The translations under genes and the position numbers were made by a program. From contig OX597838.1 of the NCBI GenBank assembly GCA_951406725.2, positions 930,001-994,000 of the forward strand: DNA of 64,000 nt. Reading direction: 5' to 3'. Below, piece after piece: positions 27,442 to 39,660 of the stretch (positions are counted from its first letter, which is position 1; each line of letters opens with the position of its first letter). Source of the stretch: Octopus vulgaris (taxonomy: Eukaryota). The notes under the pieces are model-generated. The model did not search any database. It saw only the letters and a program-made list of their open reading frames with translations, and had not been told where the DNA came from.

Positions 27442-27793
27442 GCCTCCATCGCCGCCATAAAAACGGTGGAGGCCGCTTTGACAAACCTAGGAATTAACAA
27501 GGAAGGATATAATACAAGTTAATACCTGCTACTACTACCACTACTACTACCACCACTACTACCACTACTACTACTGTTATTACTGCTGCTGCTGCTGCCG
27601 CTACTGCTGCTACCACTATTACTACTACTGTTACTACTTAGAAAGTGCAGCCAAAGCCCACGTTTCCTTTTTTAAGAAGAACATTTTGGATAACACAAAA
27701 GTGATTGAAATATTACACACGGAGAAGTTGAGAGTGGAACGGATTCGATGACAGGTCTAGGACTGACCAAGGGCTAAAAAAAACAACAACAAC

Positions 27794-27829
<36 letters not shown>

Positions 27830-27994
27830 TACAAATCAGGAAGGGAAGAAAGAAAAGAGTTTCGAACTGAAGGTAAGTCAGCGCCACTTTTCTCGTCTGT
27901 TCCCGTCGGACTGTTTCCGATGATTGTGCGGACAAGCATGGCACCCACAACATCACGTATCTCCGTCGTCAACATATCCATGTATAAGCGAGAA

Positions 27995-28041
<47 letters not shown>

Positions 28042-28255
28042 GGAAAGAGAGAGACTAAAGTGTCTAGACGAAATCGAAGAATTGCTGAGAGTTTTGTGTA
28101 ACTATATACGGTGTCGGAATATATATATGTGTGTATATAGATACACACACACACACACATATATGCACATATATAATTATATAATACACATATCTTATAT
28201 ATTTGGATAAAAAAAACACAAAACTTTTATACATGTATATATACACTTTTATATA

Positions 28256-28462
<207 letters not shown>

Positions 28463-28754
28463 CACACACACACACACACATAACATATGTACATCCATTG
28501 ATATCTCTATTAATGTTTTTGGGTGGGCAGGAGACAATATAAACACGGATGCATGTATATATACATATGTAGATATATGTGTACGTCTATGTATTTATAT
28601 ATGTGTGTTTGTGTGTGTGTGTGTGTGTATTTTCGTACGTACGTATGTATATGTATATATATGGGGAGGGCTTGTATCAATGTGTGTGTGTGTATAGAAG
28701 AGGAAGAAATAAATGCTTCTCATTTCCTTTATCGGTCTTTGTTTCAGCACATTC

Positions 28755-28795
<41 letters not shown>

Positions 28796-29174
28796 TGTGT
28801 GACAAAGAGAGAGAGAGAAAGAGAGAGAGACAAAGTCTACTTTTATATATATGTGTGTGTATGTCTATATTTACACATACACACATGCTTACATATGCCT
28901 ACACATACGTAGTACGTGCATACAAAGGTAGACATCCAAGCTTACGTACATACACACACGCACATACACACATACACACACGCACATACACACATACACA
29001 CACGCACATACACACATACACACACGCACATACACACATACACACATACATATATACATACATACACACACGCACATACACACATACATACATACATATA
29101 TACATACATACATACATATATACATACACACATACACACACACACATACATACATACATACATACATACATACA

Positions 29175-29206
<32 letters not shown>

Positions 29207-29446
29207 CACACACACTCTCACGCATGTAAACAGACGCATGCACACACAAATTCACGCACACACACACACACAACTGTCAGCGGGGGATGTTTTTATGGAT
29301 TTTAATTTCGTGGAAACGAAACTTTAAAACTTCGACATTTACGGCTGAAGAAACAACAAGAACAACACGAAACTAACAACAGACGTGTGTGAATGTTATA
29401 TATGTATGTAGATGTATATATACATATATATATACAAGTACATAAG

Positions 29447-29524
<78 letters not shown>

Positions 29525-29537
29525 TTATTCAAATTGC

Positions 29538-29881
29538 CGCAGGCGTGGCTGTGTGGTAAGAAGCTTGCTTCCCAACCACATGGTTATGGGTTCAGTCGCA
29601 CCGTGTGACACCTTGGGAAAGTGTCTTCGACTGTAACTTCGAACCGACCAAAGCTTTGAGAGTGGATTTGGTAGACGGAAACTGAAAGAAGCGTGTGTGT
29701 GTGTGTGTGTGTGTTGGTACGTTTAGGTGTCCGTAACTTAGCTGTTCGACCTAAGATATCGACAGAATAGGTACCAGGCTTTAAAAAAAGAAGTATCGGT
29801 ATCGATTCATTCGACGAAACAAATTCTTCGAGACGGTGCCCCAGTATGGCCGCAGCCTAATGACTGAAACAAATAAAAGAT
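29538..29881 (+). mobile_element. tRNA-derived SINE (family A), near full length
   Basis: A-box-like TGGCTGTGTGG, B-box-like GGTTCAGTC, body CCTTGGGAAAGTGTCTTC..GGATTTGGTAGACGGAAACTGAAAGAAG and tail GGTGCCCCAGTATGGCCGCAG..TGACTGAAACAAATAAAAGA. Confidence 0.9.
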
Positions 29882-29920
<39 letters not shown>

Positions 29921-30191
29921 TTGTATATATAGCTAAAGATACAAATATGCATGTATATACATATGTAAATATATACATCCCGCCCCCAGATGTACTCGTC
30001 TTTAACAACTTCCGGTTTCGCGGTAAATACAGTTGCCAGCATATACACGCTGTCGACATGTGAACATCTGTGCTGCACGAGTGTATAGTTGTTCAAATAT
30101 TTACATGTTTACCATGTAGACATCAGGTAGAACAGAGAGTGTAAAGTGGTATGGACGTGTGTGTGTGTGTGTGTGTGTACAGTTTTGAACC

Positions 30192-30229
<38 letters not shown>

Positions 30230-30298
30230 GTAGGTCCCGGGTTGATTCGGGGTTAACCACAGTAAATAAGGTACTCAATACATAGCAGAGTAAAATAA

Positions 30299-30416
30299 TT
30301 TATTATTTAGAAGGAGTTCTATATATGTTCATTCAAGAGAAATCTTCAGGAAGCACATGCTTCTGAAGATTTCTCTTGAATGAAACAGTTCTAGTCCTGT
30401 AAACTCCTTCTATATA

Positions 30417-30421
<5 letters not shown>
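30299..30421. repeat. Short foldback element carrying a hammerhead-like motif (+ strand, 30361-30403)
   Basis: Inner arms 30328-30349/30363-30384 and outer arms 30299-30318/30402-30421. The + strand reads CTGAAGA..GAAACAG(TTCTAGTC)CTGTA. Confidence 0.75.
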
Positions 30422-30467
<46 letters not shown>

Positions 30468-30470
<3 letters not shown>

Positions 30471-31023
30471 GAAACTGAGTCAAAAAGTAATGCCATTTTG
30501 TTTTAGGACAGGTATAATTACCAACACAGGAACATGTATCATACATCAAAATGAAGCTGGTCCTCTGTGGATCACATCCCTACTTCTCAACATAGTCACC
30601 GTTTCTCTCAATAGCAATGTTCCACCTTCGAATGAGAGTATGTATCCCTGCCCCGTAAAATTCTGTTGACTGTTCTTTGAGCCACTTCTTCACTACAGTT
30701 TTCACTGGAATAATGATTTGCCTTCAAACCCTCTTTCATGGGGCCGAAAGATGGTAGTCTGAGAGGCAAACATTATGTTGACGATGAAGTGAAAACTGTA
30801 GTGAAGAAGTGGCTCAAAGAACAGTCAACAGAATTTTACGGGGCAGGGATACATACTCTCATTCGAAAGGTGGAACATTGCTATTTAGAGAAACGGTGAC
30901 TATGTTGAGAAGTAGGGATGTGATCCACAGAGGACCAGCTTCATTTTGATGTATGATACATGTTCCTGTGTTGGTAATTATACCTGTCCTAAACAAAATG
31001 GCATTACTTTTTGACTCAGCCTC

Positions 31024-31026
<3 letters not shown>
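30468..31026. mobile_element. Palindromic mariner-derived MITE (two inverted copies of the 3' end)
   Basis: ~238-bp arms at 30468-30706 and 30788-31026. They encode the transposase C-terminus (VKKWLKEQSTEFYGAGIHTL../NGDYVEK*), end in ..TTTTTGACTCAGCCTCGTA and sit in (TA)n. Confidence 0.92.
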
Positions 31027-31097
<71 letters not shown>

Positions 31098-31172
31098 GTA
31101 TTCTTTTTTCCTTTTATTCTTTTACTTGTTTCAGTCATATGATTGCGACCATACTAGAGCACTATATATATA

Positions 31173-31345
31173 GGCGCAGGAGTGGCTGTGTGGTAAGTAG
31201 CTTGCTTACCAACCACATGGTTCCTGGTTCAGACCCACTGCGTGGCACCTTGGGCAAGTGTCTTCTACTATAGCCTTGAGCCGACCAAAACCTTATGAGT
31301 GGATTTGATAGATGGAAACTGAAAGAAGCCCGTCGTATATGTGTG
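31173..31345 (+). mobile_element. tRNA-derived SINE (family A), 5' half
   Basis: GGCGCAGGAGTGGCTGTGTGGTAAGTAGCTTGC..GGTTCAGACCC..CCTTGGGCAAGTGTCTTC. Tail fragments of the same family lie on the minus strand at 31105-31162 and 31835-31995. Confidence 0.85.
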
Positions 31346-32415
31346 TGTGTTTGTGTGTGTGCGGTCTGACTGAGGAGTATGCTAATATATGTTTTGTAAA
31401 TATGCATGCGTGTATAGTACATATATATTATATATGTATGTTACATGCATGTATGTGTATGCATGTATGTATATGTATTTACACGTATTGATATAAATAT
31501 GCGTAATGTGTACACATACAAATATATGTATATTATTCATATATGTGTGTAGGAACCATGATTCTATTTTATAGATTCAATGTTTAAGGAAGCAAAACCC
31601 GGCTCCCACGAACTCAGCTCTTCTCCTGAAACGGAATCTTACGACTATTCAACCGCAGTTTTTCGCCGATATTTTCTTTGTGTTGAATAGTTTTGGATGA
31701 AACTTGTTTGGTGACAAAAGACTCTTATGGGAAACGTTAGGTCAAAGAATTAGGCACTGGTCAAACTCATCAGGTGGCTTGAGCTGCTCCTCTTTAAATC
31801 GATACCAAGATTTAAATATTCACATACACTTGCTATCTTTTATCTTTTTCTTGTTTCAGCTATTAGACTGCGGCCATGCTGGGGCATCGCCTTGAAGGAT
31901 TTTTAGTCGAATAGATCGATCCCGGAACTAATTTATATTTTAAGATTAGTACTTATTCTATCGCCGTCTTTTGCCGCACCGCTAAGTGACGGGGATATAT
32001 TGATAAATTCATAAATTTGTATGCGATATATATTATATTAAGTATAAATATATATATAACTATATACATGATAAATAATATATTCGATATAAATATATAT
32101 AAGTAAAGAAATAGAAAAATAGAAATAATGAAATACGTAAAAGTGTAAGTAAATGAAGGACTGAAATAATTCGGCAGAGAATTCGTAGCGGATCAGATCG
32201 ATAGTAATCGATTAACATCAATTAGAAAAATGTGTAAATAAAGGCATAAATGTACACATGTGGAAACACACATGTAGCTTATGCAGTGTGTCCATGTTTA
32301 TATTTGTACATAAAAATCCTGTATACCCTTATATACACATACATCCACCCGTTTATATATACATGCAGAGAGGCGCACGCATCTACACCACACCACACCA
32401 CACACAGATATACAT

Positions 32416-32485
<70 letters not shown>

Positions 32486-32529
32486 ATGAGATCGTTAATT
32501 TAAAATAAACCAGATACCCTAATTTATAA

Positions 32530-32585
<56 letters not shown>

Positions 32586-32799
32586 TTGTTGAAATAGAAA
32601 GATGAATTTTCTTGTTACAGATTATTCAAAAGTTTAACCGATACCTGGGTAGCAAAAATCACAGCAGAAAATACACGGTTGGAGATAAGACCATTTGGTG
32701 TTGCAACCGTGCGTTGGTGCGGATAATTGAAGTTTAATATTATTATTGAATGGAAGAAATGGAGTTGAACGAAGATTGTACAGAATTCCTTTTATTACA

Positions 32800-32879
32800 T
32801 TCTACACATGTTTCAAAGGCCACAAATTTCCAAATTCTGATTAAATAAGGGTACCATATTGTGGCTTTCTCATCAGGAA
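32800..32879 (-). ncRNA. Mirror copy of the hammerhead-like motif
   Basis: Reverse complement of 33047-33126 in the left arm of the palindrome. Confidence 0.75.
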
Positions 32880-33046
32880 AAAACAGGAATTCCGTTGACA
32901 GAACAAAACAGAACAGAGGCGCAATTCGAACGAAGAGGCTCTTTAAGAGCCCATGGCTGAACAGTTCAGCCATGGGCTCTTAAAGAGCCTCTTCGTTCGA
33001 ATTGCGCCTCTGTTCTGTTTTGTTCTGTCAACGGAATTCCTGTTTT

Positions 33047-33126
33047 TTCCTGATGAGAAAGCCACAATATGGTACCCTTATTTAATCAGAATTTGGAAAT
33101 TTGTGGCCTTTGAAACATGTGTAGAA
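33047..33126 (+). ncRNA. Type I hammerhead-ribozyme-like motif with canonical core
   Basis: TTC-CTGATGA-G-AAAGCCACAA...TTGTGG(C)CTTT-GAAA-C(ATGT)GT-A-GAA: stem I UUC/GAA, long stem II, short stem III with an ACAUGU palindrome and a GUA site. Confidence 0.75.
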
Positions 33127-33181
33127 TGTAATAAAAGGAATTCTGTACAATCTTCGTTCAACTCCATTTCTTCCATTCAAT

Positions 33182-33239
<58 letters not shown>

Positions 33240-33443
33240 GTATGTGTCCATTTTCAGTGTGTACAAATAACAAGGAAAAAATAAATAAATAGTTACCAGG
33301 GAAACAAAAATTCACATAAGTACCAGAGGTATTACAGCCTACTTATGAAGGTAGAAATTCCAGGGTTAAGGGAAATGCTTTTATATAACATGGACAAATT
33401 AAGAAATGGAGTGAAACACAGGTGTTATTCAAATCATTTATAC

Positions 33444-33530
33444 TTCCAATATATGTTTCGAAGAAAGCATTGAGATTATTCCGGAGGGAATACAAATGAT
33501 GTAAAACAATGCAATCATCTCGTCGGGGAA
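33444..33530 (-). ncRNA. Degenerate hammerhead-like motif
   Basis: Minus strand: TTCC-CCGACGA-G..GCATTG...CAATGC..GAAAC-ATAT-ATT-GGAA. Stem I is UUCC/GGAA, with core and stem III substitutions. Confidence 0.5.
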
Positions 33531-34009
33531 AAATAGGAACAAAAACACATCAATAAGCCATTTTAACAGAATGTGATTACTGTGTAAATGATGGAGAGTG
33601 ACGCTGGCAAGTTATTTTTTAGGAAAAAACCGTTAAAAGATTTAAGGTCAAAGGTAATTTAGAGAAGGACAAAAAGAGAATTAAGAGAGGAAAATATAGT
33701 TTGATAGATGAATAGGAATAAAGTTTAAAAGCGTGGAAATAGATATAAGTAGTGGAAAGGAAATGTAAGAAGATTTGGCTTCTTACATTTTCTGCATTAT
33801 TTTAAACGATTTTTTTGTTGCATGTAAGTAATTTATTCATTAGATAAAACAGAATAAATTAACTTTACATGCTTTAAGTTACGAAACAATTTGACGGGAT
33901 ATCTAAATTTTCTTATAGTTCAATAAAATTCCATGAAACTATTTGTGTGTGTGTGTGTGTATTGTGGTTGTTTACTTCTAATGCAGAGTTTGGCCACCCC
34001 CTCTACCTC

Positions 34010-34240
34010 CACCTTACTACCATCATAGCATCTGATGTGGCTTTTTAAACCTGACTATGTTCTGGAAAGACACCCACATAGATTGCACATCCGATTTGCA
34101 GTTGAGTTCTGATCTTTGTGGATCTTAAAATGTCTTTTGAGGCCTCCATTAGATTTACAAACCTTCTCTGGCATACATTGCATTGAAGGGTGTGCACAGA
34201 CATAGAGGCGGAATAGTTGGTGGAGGTTCGTTTCCCATGG
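34010..34240 (-). mobile_element. Two degenerate C2H2 fingers, probably the C-terminus of an RTE-type LINE ORF
   Basis: LQCNVCQ/KVCKSNGGLKRHFKIH...CNLCGCLSRT*SGLKSHIR, with a frameshift and a stop. The GLxSHxR ending is typical of RTE ORF termini. Confidence 0.6.
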
Positions 34241-34272
34241 GTTCGCATATATATATATATGCATGTATATGT

Positions 34273-34315
<43 letters not shown>

Positions 34316-34323
34316 CACATACA

Positions 34324-34359
<36 letters not shown>

Positions 34360-35905
34360 TATATATTTGAGTATATGTTTGTATACGTGATGTTTGTATG
34401 TGTTTGTGTAGAGGTATGTGTGTATGTAAGTGTGTGTGTGTGTGTGTGTAACACCCTCTCCCAAATCATTCGCCTATCCCTCATATGTAAGAAAGGATGG
34501 TAAACTGGACGAACCCATATTTCATTCCCCCTCCCTCCATCACTCTACCTCCCTCCTTCAGAAGCACTTTATATATACATATATATAAGGGGTTACATCA
34601 GACCTTCTTGTACCCGATATCCTCTACTCTCTCCCTCTTACTATTACCCAATCTCCTCCCCCTATTGTTGTCCCCACCTCCTTCCGTCCAGCTTTTCCTT
34701 TTGTCATCGTCCCCTTCTCCCTTCTATGCAAACTCTTTCCCTTTCACGTCCTGTTCAGCGAACGAACATAAAAGAGTAACGAAGGAAGGAAGGAATATTT
34801 CTAGCTTCATGACTGAGCATCGGGGTGGGGCGATCTCCACCCGTTGCCTGTTCATACTTTCTTCAGCACGAAAAGGGGTCAATGAGCCCGGAGTTCCCTT
34901 CCACCCCGATTTACTATCAGAATTCATCCCCTTTGCCTCCTCCTCCTCCTTCCCGCCCCCCAAAGGCAGTAAGGGCTTCGACTCGAAGTCGCCCTCCTTG
35001 TCTGGTTGCCATTCTCATCCCAGATCGTCCACCCACATCACCGCCAGTGTGAATGTGGACAGAGTAGTATCCTCCACCTTGGGCCCTTCCCCAGGTGTCC
35101 TTCCCCTTGTGCCCTCCCCTTTGAGTCCTTTTTCATGTGCCCTCCCTCTTGTACTCTCATCAGAGACATAAATTAGCAAAAACTAAGGGTTTCCCCATTC
35201 CCAGTAGGCTTACGGCAAGCTGGACCCTAATCCGCAATTTTAAGTTACTGCACTGTTGCTACATTCGTTGAACCTGCACTGGGTTCTTCCATCGTTTGAG
35301 GGGTATTGCATGTTAGCCTTGTGAACGACCTGGCATAAATGGGACTAATGAATACCCTGTAAAATTTTACAGGGCACAAGATACCGCAACTGATGTTGAT
35401 ACCACGAAAAAACATGCCCAGTACACTTTGTTAGATGGTTGGCGAACAAGTGAAGATGATGTAGGGCTGAAGGGAGCGTTTTGTTTTGCCGAGGTTATGA
35501 CAACCCCTATAGTGTTGGTGTTATGAAAAAATGTACCCAGTACATTTTGTATTGTAGGTTGGGATACGAAAGGACACCCAGCCGTTGAAACTAAATCAGA
35601 AATAAACACTACGATGGATTGGATTGTGTGGCCGGAGACACGGCTCTGAGTAGATGAGAATGTCATGGTTGGAATCCCTTGATATCATATATATATATAT
35701 ATATCTACTTGGTCAGAAGCGACCTGAGTTTAAACACCAACCTTCTGAATACTGGCGGCCATAAGAGAGCAGCATACGACTCGAATAAAAGCGAATGGCT
35801 GACCTAGAAGTTGAGGGAAAGAAAGAGAAAGATCTCTCAACTTTTCTTCTCTTTTCATCTTTTATACAATCTACTGTAAGCAGTGAAACCACACACAAAC
35901 ACACG

Positions 35906-35949
<44 letters not shown>

Positions 35950-36449
35950 AATAGATTCGTACATGCGTACACACGAACGCACACACACACACACAAGGTA
36001 ATTCTCTTTCACTCTTCCTCTCACTCTCTTCATCTCCTCCTCACACTCTCTATCTTCCTCTCTCCCTTTCTCTGTCCCCCTCTCTCTCTATCTTCCTTTC
36101 TTTTCTTCCCGTCTTTCTCTCAGCCCCCACCCCACCATTCAGTGCCACCGTCTCCCTTCCCCGATCTCTCTCTCTCACTTTCTCCCTCTTCCTGTCTCTT
36201 CCCCCCTGTCCAACATTCATCTTCCTTCTCCCACACTCCTCCCTATCTCTCCTCCCCCTTCTCTCTCTGTTGACCAATCCATTACAACAAACAACAACAC
36301 TCCTGGTTTCCTTTTTATTTCTTAACCATTTCCCCCCTCCCATCCCCCCCACACTCGCACAGACATACTTTACACTGATAGACACATACATACACACGCA
36401 CCTATAAACATACACATATATACAGACAGACAGACAGACAAACAAATAA

Positions 36450-36573
<124 letters not shown>

Positions 36574-36985
36574 GTAGATAGATCGCATTGGTGGTTCAGG
36601 AAATCTGAAGTGGTGGCCATCAGACTGAGCCATCGAATGTATGTGCATGAATACATGGACGTACACACACGTATATGAATACATAGGCACACCACAAACA
36701 AGCACTTGCGCACACATCCACACACACATTATTTGTGTCAATGTGTTTTTATCTTTATTGTCAAGTTTATTGTAACACGGTCGGTCAATGATTACCTCCG
36801 TACACCCATACACACACACACACACACTCGTGTACATTGGTGGTGAAGTACGGGTGGGAATACACGGGTGCGTATATTCATTTGTGTGTATGTGGGTGTA
36901 TATAGGTGTGTGGAGAGGAGGTTGAAAGTCTAAATAAGGACAAAGTATCGGTGGAGAGATATCGGGGTCGAGGTTTTATTGTGCG

Positions 36986-37016
<31 letters not shown>

Positions 37017-37023
37017 ATGATGA

Positions 37024-37064
<41 letters not shown>

Positions 37065-37067
<3 letters not shown>

Positions 37068-37268
37068 TACGTCAGCCCATTTTGACTTTATCGTAAAACC
37101 TCACCCCGCCACTCTCTCCTATATAATGTCTATGTTTGTGTGTTCTTATATAGACATAAATGTATATACGCACAGATGTAGTGCACATATGTAAATACAA
37201 ATATATATATATAGGAGAGAGTGGCGGGGTGAGGTTTTACGACAAAGTCAGAATGGGCTGACGTAGTA
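37065..37268. repeat. Inverted repeat with ~60-bp arms (MITE/foldback-like)
   Basis: TACTACGTCAGCCCATTTTGACTTTATCGTAAAACCTCACCCCGCCACTCTCTCCTATATA (37065-37125) versus its reverse complement at 37208-37268, with two mismatches. Confidence 0.9.
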
Positions 37269-37699
37269 AAATGCACTTGATTTAACCGCACAATAAAGAA
37301 GTAGCAAGAATTTGGTGCATTTTGTTAGTTTTGTTTCTGTTTGTGGCCAATCTGACTGGTTTCAGTGTATTTTACTAATTCTTTAAACATTGCCCCCCCC
37401 CCACCTCGTATTTCTTTGCTTATAGTTATACATTATACATACAAACGAGTGAAAAAGACAGAGGGAGGGAAAGAGAGGGAGAGAGAGAGAGAGAGAGAGT
37501 AATTCCATATATACATTGGCTAAAGAAAAAAACATACAATTTAATACAAGTAAATTGCAAACCCTCGGCTATGAGCCAACATGCCGCAACAAAGATATTT
37601 TGGACCAACACGGGAGCCAATCCCGAAGTCAAGTACAGTGCGTGAACGATGCTTCGGTTCATATACGTATCACCAAGATGGTAGTAGTGTCCAAGCAAA

Positions 37700-38360
37700 T
37701 GGCCAGATGAATCCTGATAACCTTCAGAAGAAGGAAGCAGGTGCTATGGAGGACAGTTGTCCTCAGCCATCGGGACTACTGCTTCCAAATGTGATCTTCC
37801 CACGGCGTCAAATTAACAGCGGGTCTTGAGGCTGTTCAGGATTGGTATACCTGGAAAGATTGCATCGATGGAACAACTGAGCTAATGGGATTGGCTGAAC
37901 GTGTTACGACTCTACTCTCTGTCGCGAAGACAGGAGAGATATGCAGTGATATACATATGAAAGATCTTAGAAGGTTTGGCATCGAACTTTGATATCGAAA
38001 GTTATACAAGCTTCCGAAATGGACGTCACTGCATTGTTCCAAAGGTTCCACTCATCCCGTACAGTGTGAGGACCAGGTACTGCCGTAATCTGGGATTCAA
38101 AGGCCTATAGCTATTCAAAATTTTGCCAAAACATTTGAGAGATCTACATGGAGTAGGGGTAGCTGTTTTCAAGAAACAATTTGATCTTCTGTTGTTCAAG
38201 GTCCCAGACGAATCTGCATCACGGCAAAAGAATCTCAGAACCAGGAAGCAATAATGGACCTCCCTCCTTCACCAAAAGCCATTTACAAAAGAATGGCCAT
38301 TTAAAGGTGACAACGCTGGCATCGCCCCCATTATAGCCACAGCCTTTGCGCTAAAACGCA
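37700..38360 (+). mobile_element. CR1-like LINE 3' portion, decayed
   Basis: YCRNLGFKGL*LFKILPKHLRDLHGVGVAVFKKQFDLLLFKVPDES at about 38080-38215, followed by a degenerate tail motif. Confidence 0.7.
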
Positions 38361-38413
38361 TACACACACACATATGTATATATACATCATAACAATTCCC
38401 AGATCACACACTG

Positions 38414-38467
<54 letters not shown>

Positions 38468-38838
38468 CGTGCGTTTCGTGACGCACGTTGCAAGAATTTA
38501 CGACTCGAATCAAATGTAGCAGACCACTCGAAATCGTCGTCAGAGTATCCGTGTAAGTGCAGGGTGGACCATTTCGTTTGTGCTGACATCGTCGTCGTAT
38601 AAGTTGTAATAAAGAGGTCAAAGCGAATCGTAACATTTGGAAATCATTTAATACTTTTCATGTTTATGCAGTATATAATATGAGATGCATCCGTTACGTA
38701 AGACCTTCCTCGGTTAAATACTTAAACTGAGGAAGATTTTGTACAATGGATGTATTTCCTATTATACATTACGCAAACCCGTCAAATATTAAACGATTTC
38801 AAATTATCACTATTTAGTTTGACTTCATTATTACGACT

Positions 38839-38918
<80 letters not shown>

Positions 38919-39049
38919 CGCATATACATGCACATAAAAGCCACGCAGCTAGTTTTCCAGAGTGACCCTGGTATCGTTAAAAAAAACAAGGGAGTGAGGG
39001 TGGCATAACTTTTTCAAAGATAATCTTCAGAAGTCGCAATCCCTGGGGT

Positions 39050-39660
39050 TCTCCCCGGGGAGACATTAAGTCTGAGTAGAGTTCCTCAGGGAACCGTGCT
39101 GGGACGGCTGCTCTTCTTAATAGCTTTCGCAGACATGCCTTCAGTCATGCTTTTGCTTCGCTAGCTCTTCTTCTGATACAAATGTATAACAAGTAATCAA
39201 AGACCCTGACGATAAAGACAATACTACAGAAAGATTTGAACGCAATATGCAAGCGGTCTGAAGAAAACAACATCCAGTTGAATGCTAACAATCTTCAAGC
39301 ACTTCAGTATCGAGACACAAACAGATTGCAATCAGGACATACAGGATGAGCGAGCAGTGCAATCCTGGAGTCAGAGGTGGTGTATGATCTGGAAATCCAT
39401 ATGAGTGGTGATGCATTATTCCGTGCACACATAACTAAGATGGCATCAATGTGCAGTCGACTGTCTTGTTGGATTTTGGGGTTAATCAGAAAACGACTAA
39501 AGGCAACTGTGTTGCTTGTATGGAAAATATTCGTGCTCATTCGCCTGGATTATTGTCCCTAATTATGGTCGCCACAAGGTGTCAAATTAACAGCAGAACT
39601 CGAGGCAATTCTACGCCATAATACCTAGAAGGTGCCTCAACGCAGCAAATGAACTACAGG
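39050..39660 (+). mobile_element. CR1-like LINE RT fragment
   Basis: VPQGTVLGRLLFL (QG motif), LQKDLNAI, and RLDYCP*LWSP...LEAI. Confidence 0.8.

Larger units (their letters stand above)
32737..33189. repeat. Perfect 453-bp palindrome (226-bp arms, 1-nt centre at 32963)
   Basis: Centre ..GGCTGAAC-A-GTTCAGCC.. The mirror ORFs 32743-32973(-) and 32953-33183(+) differ at only one residue. Confidence 0.97.

Noticed and set aside
32743-33183. Pair of near-identical 76-aa ORFs on opposite strands as duplicated genes
   Set aside because: They result from the DNA palindrome, with no sign of coding function.
34010-34240. Host C2H2 zinc-finger gene exon
   Set aside because: It has a frameshift and a stop, lacks TGEKP linkers, and the motif fits a LINE ORF terminus.
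35110-35170. Minus-strand CTGATGA-GAGT...ACTC as another hammerhead
   Set aside because: No GAAA or stem III follows the putative stem II.
34497-35171. 224-aa ORF
   Set aside because: Low-complexity Ser/Pro/Leu product of a pyrimidine-rich strand, with no recognisable domain.
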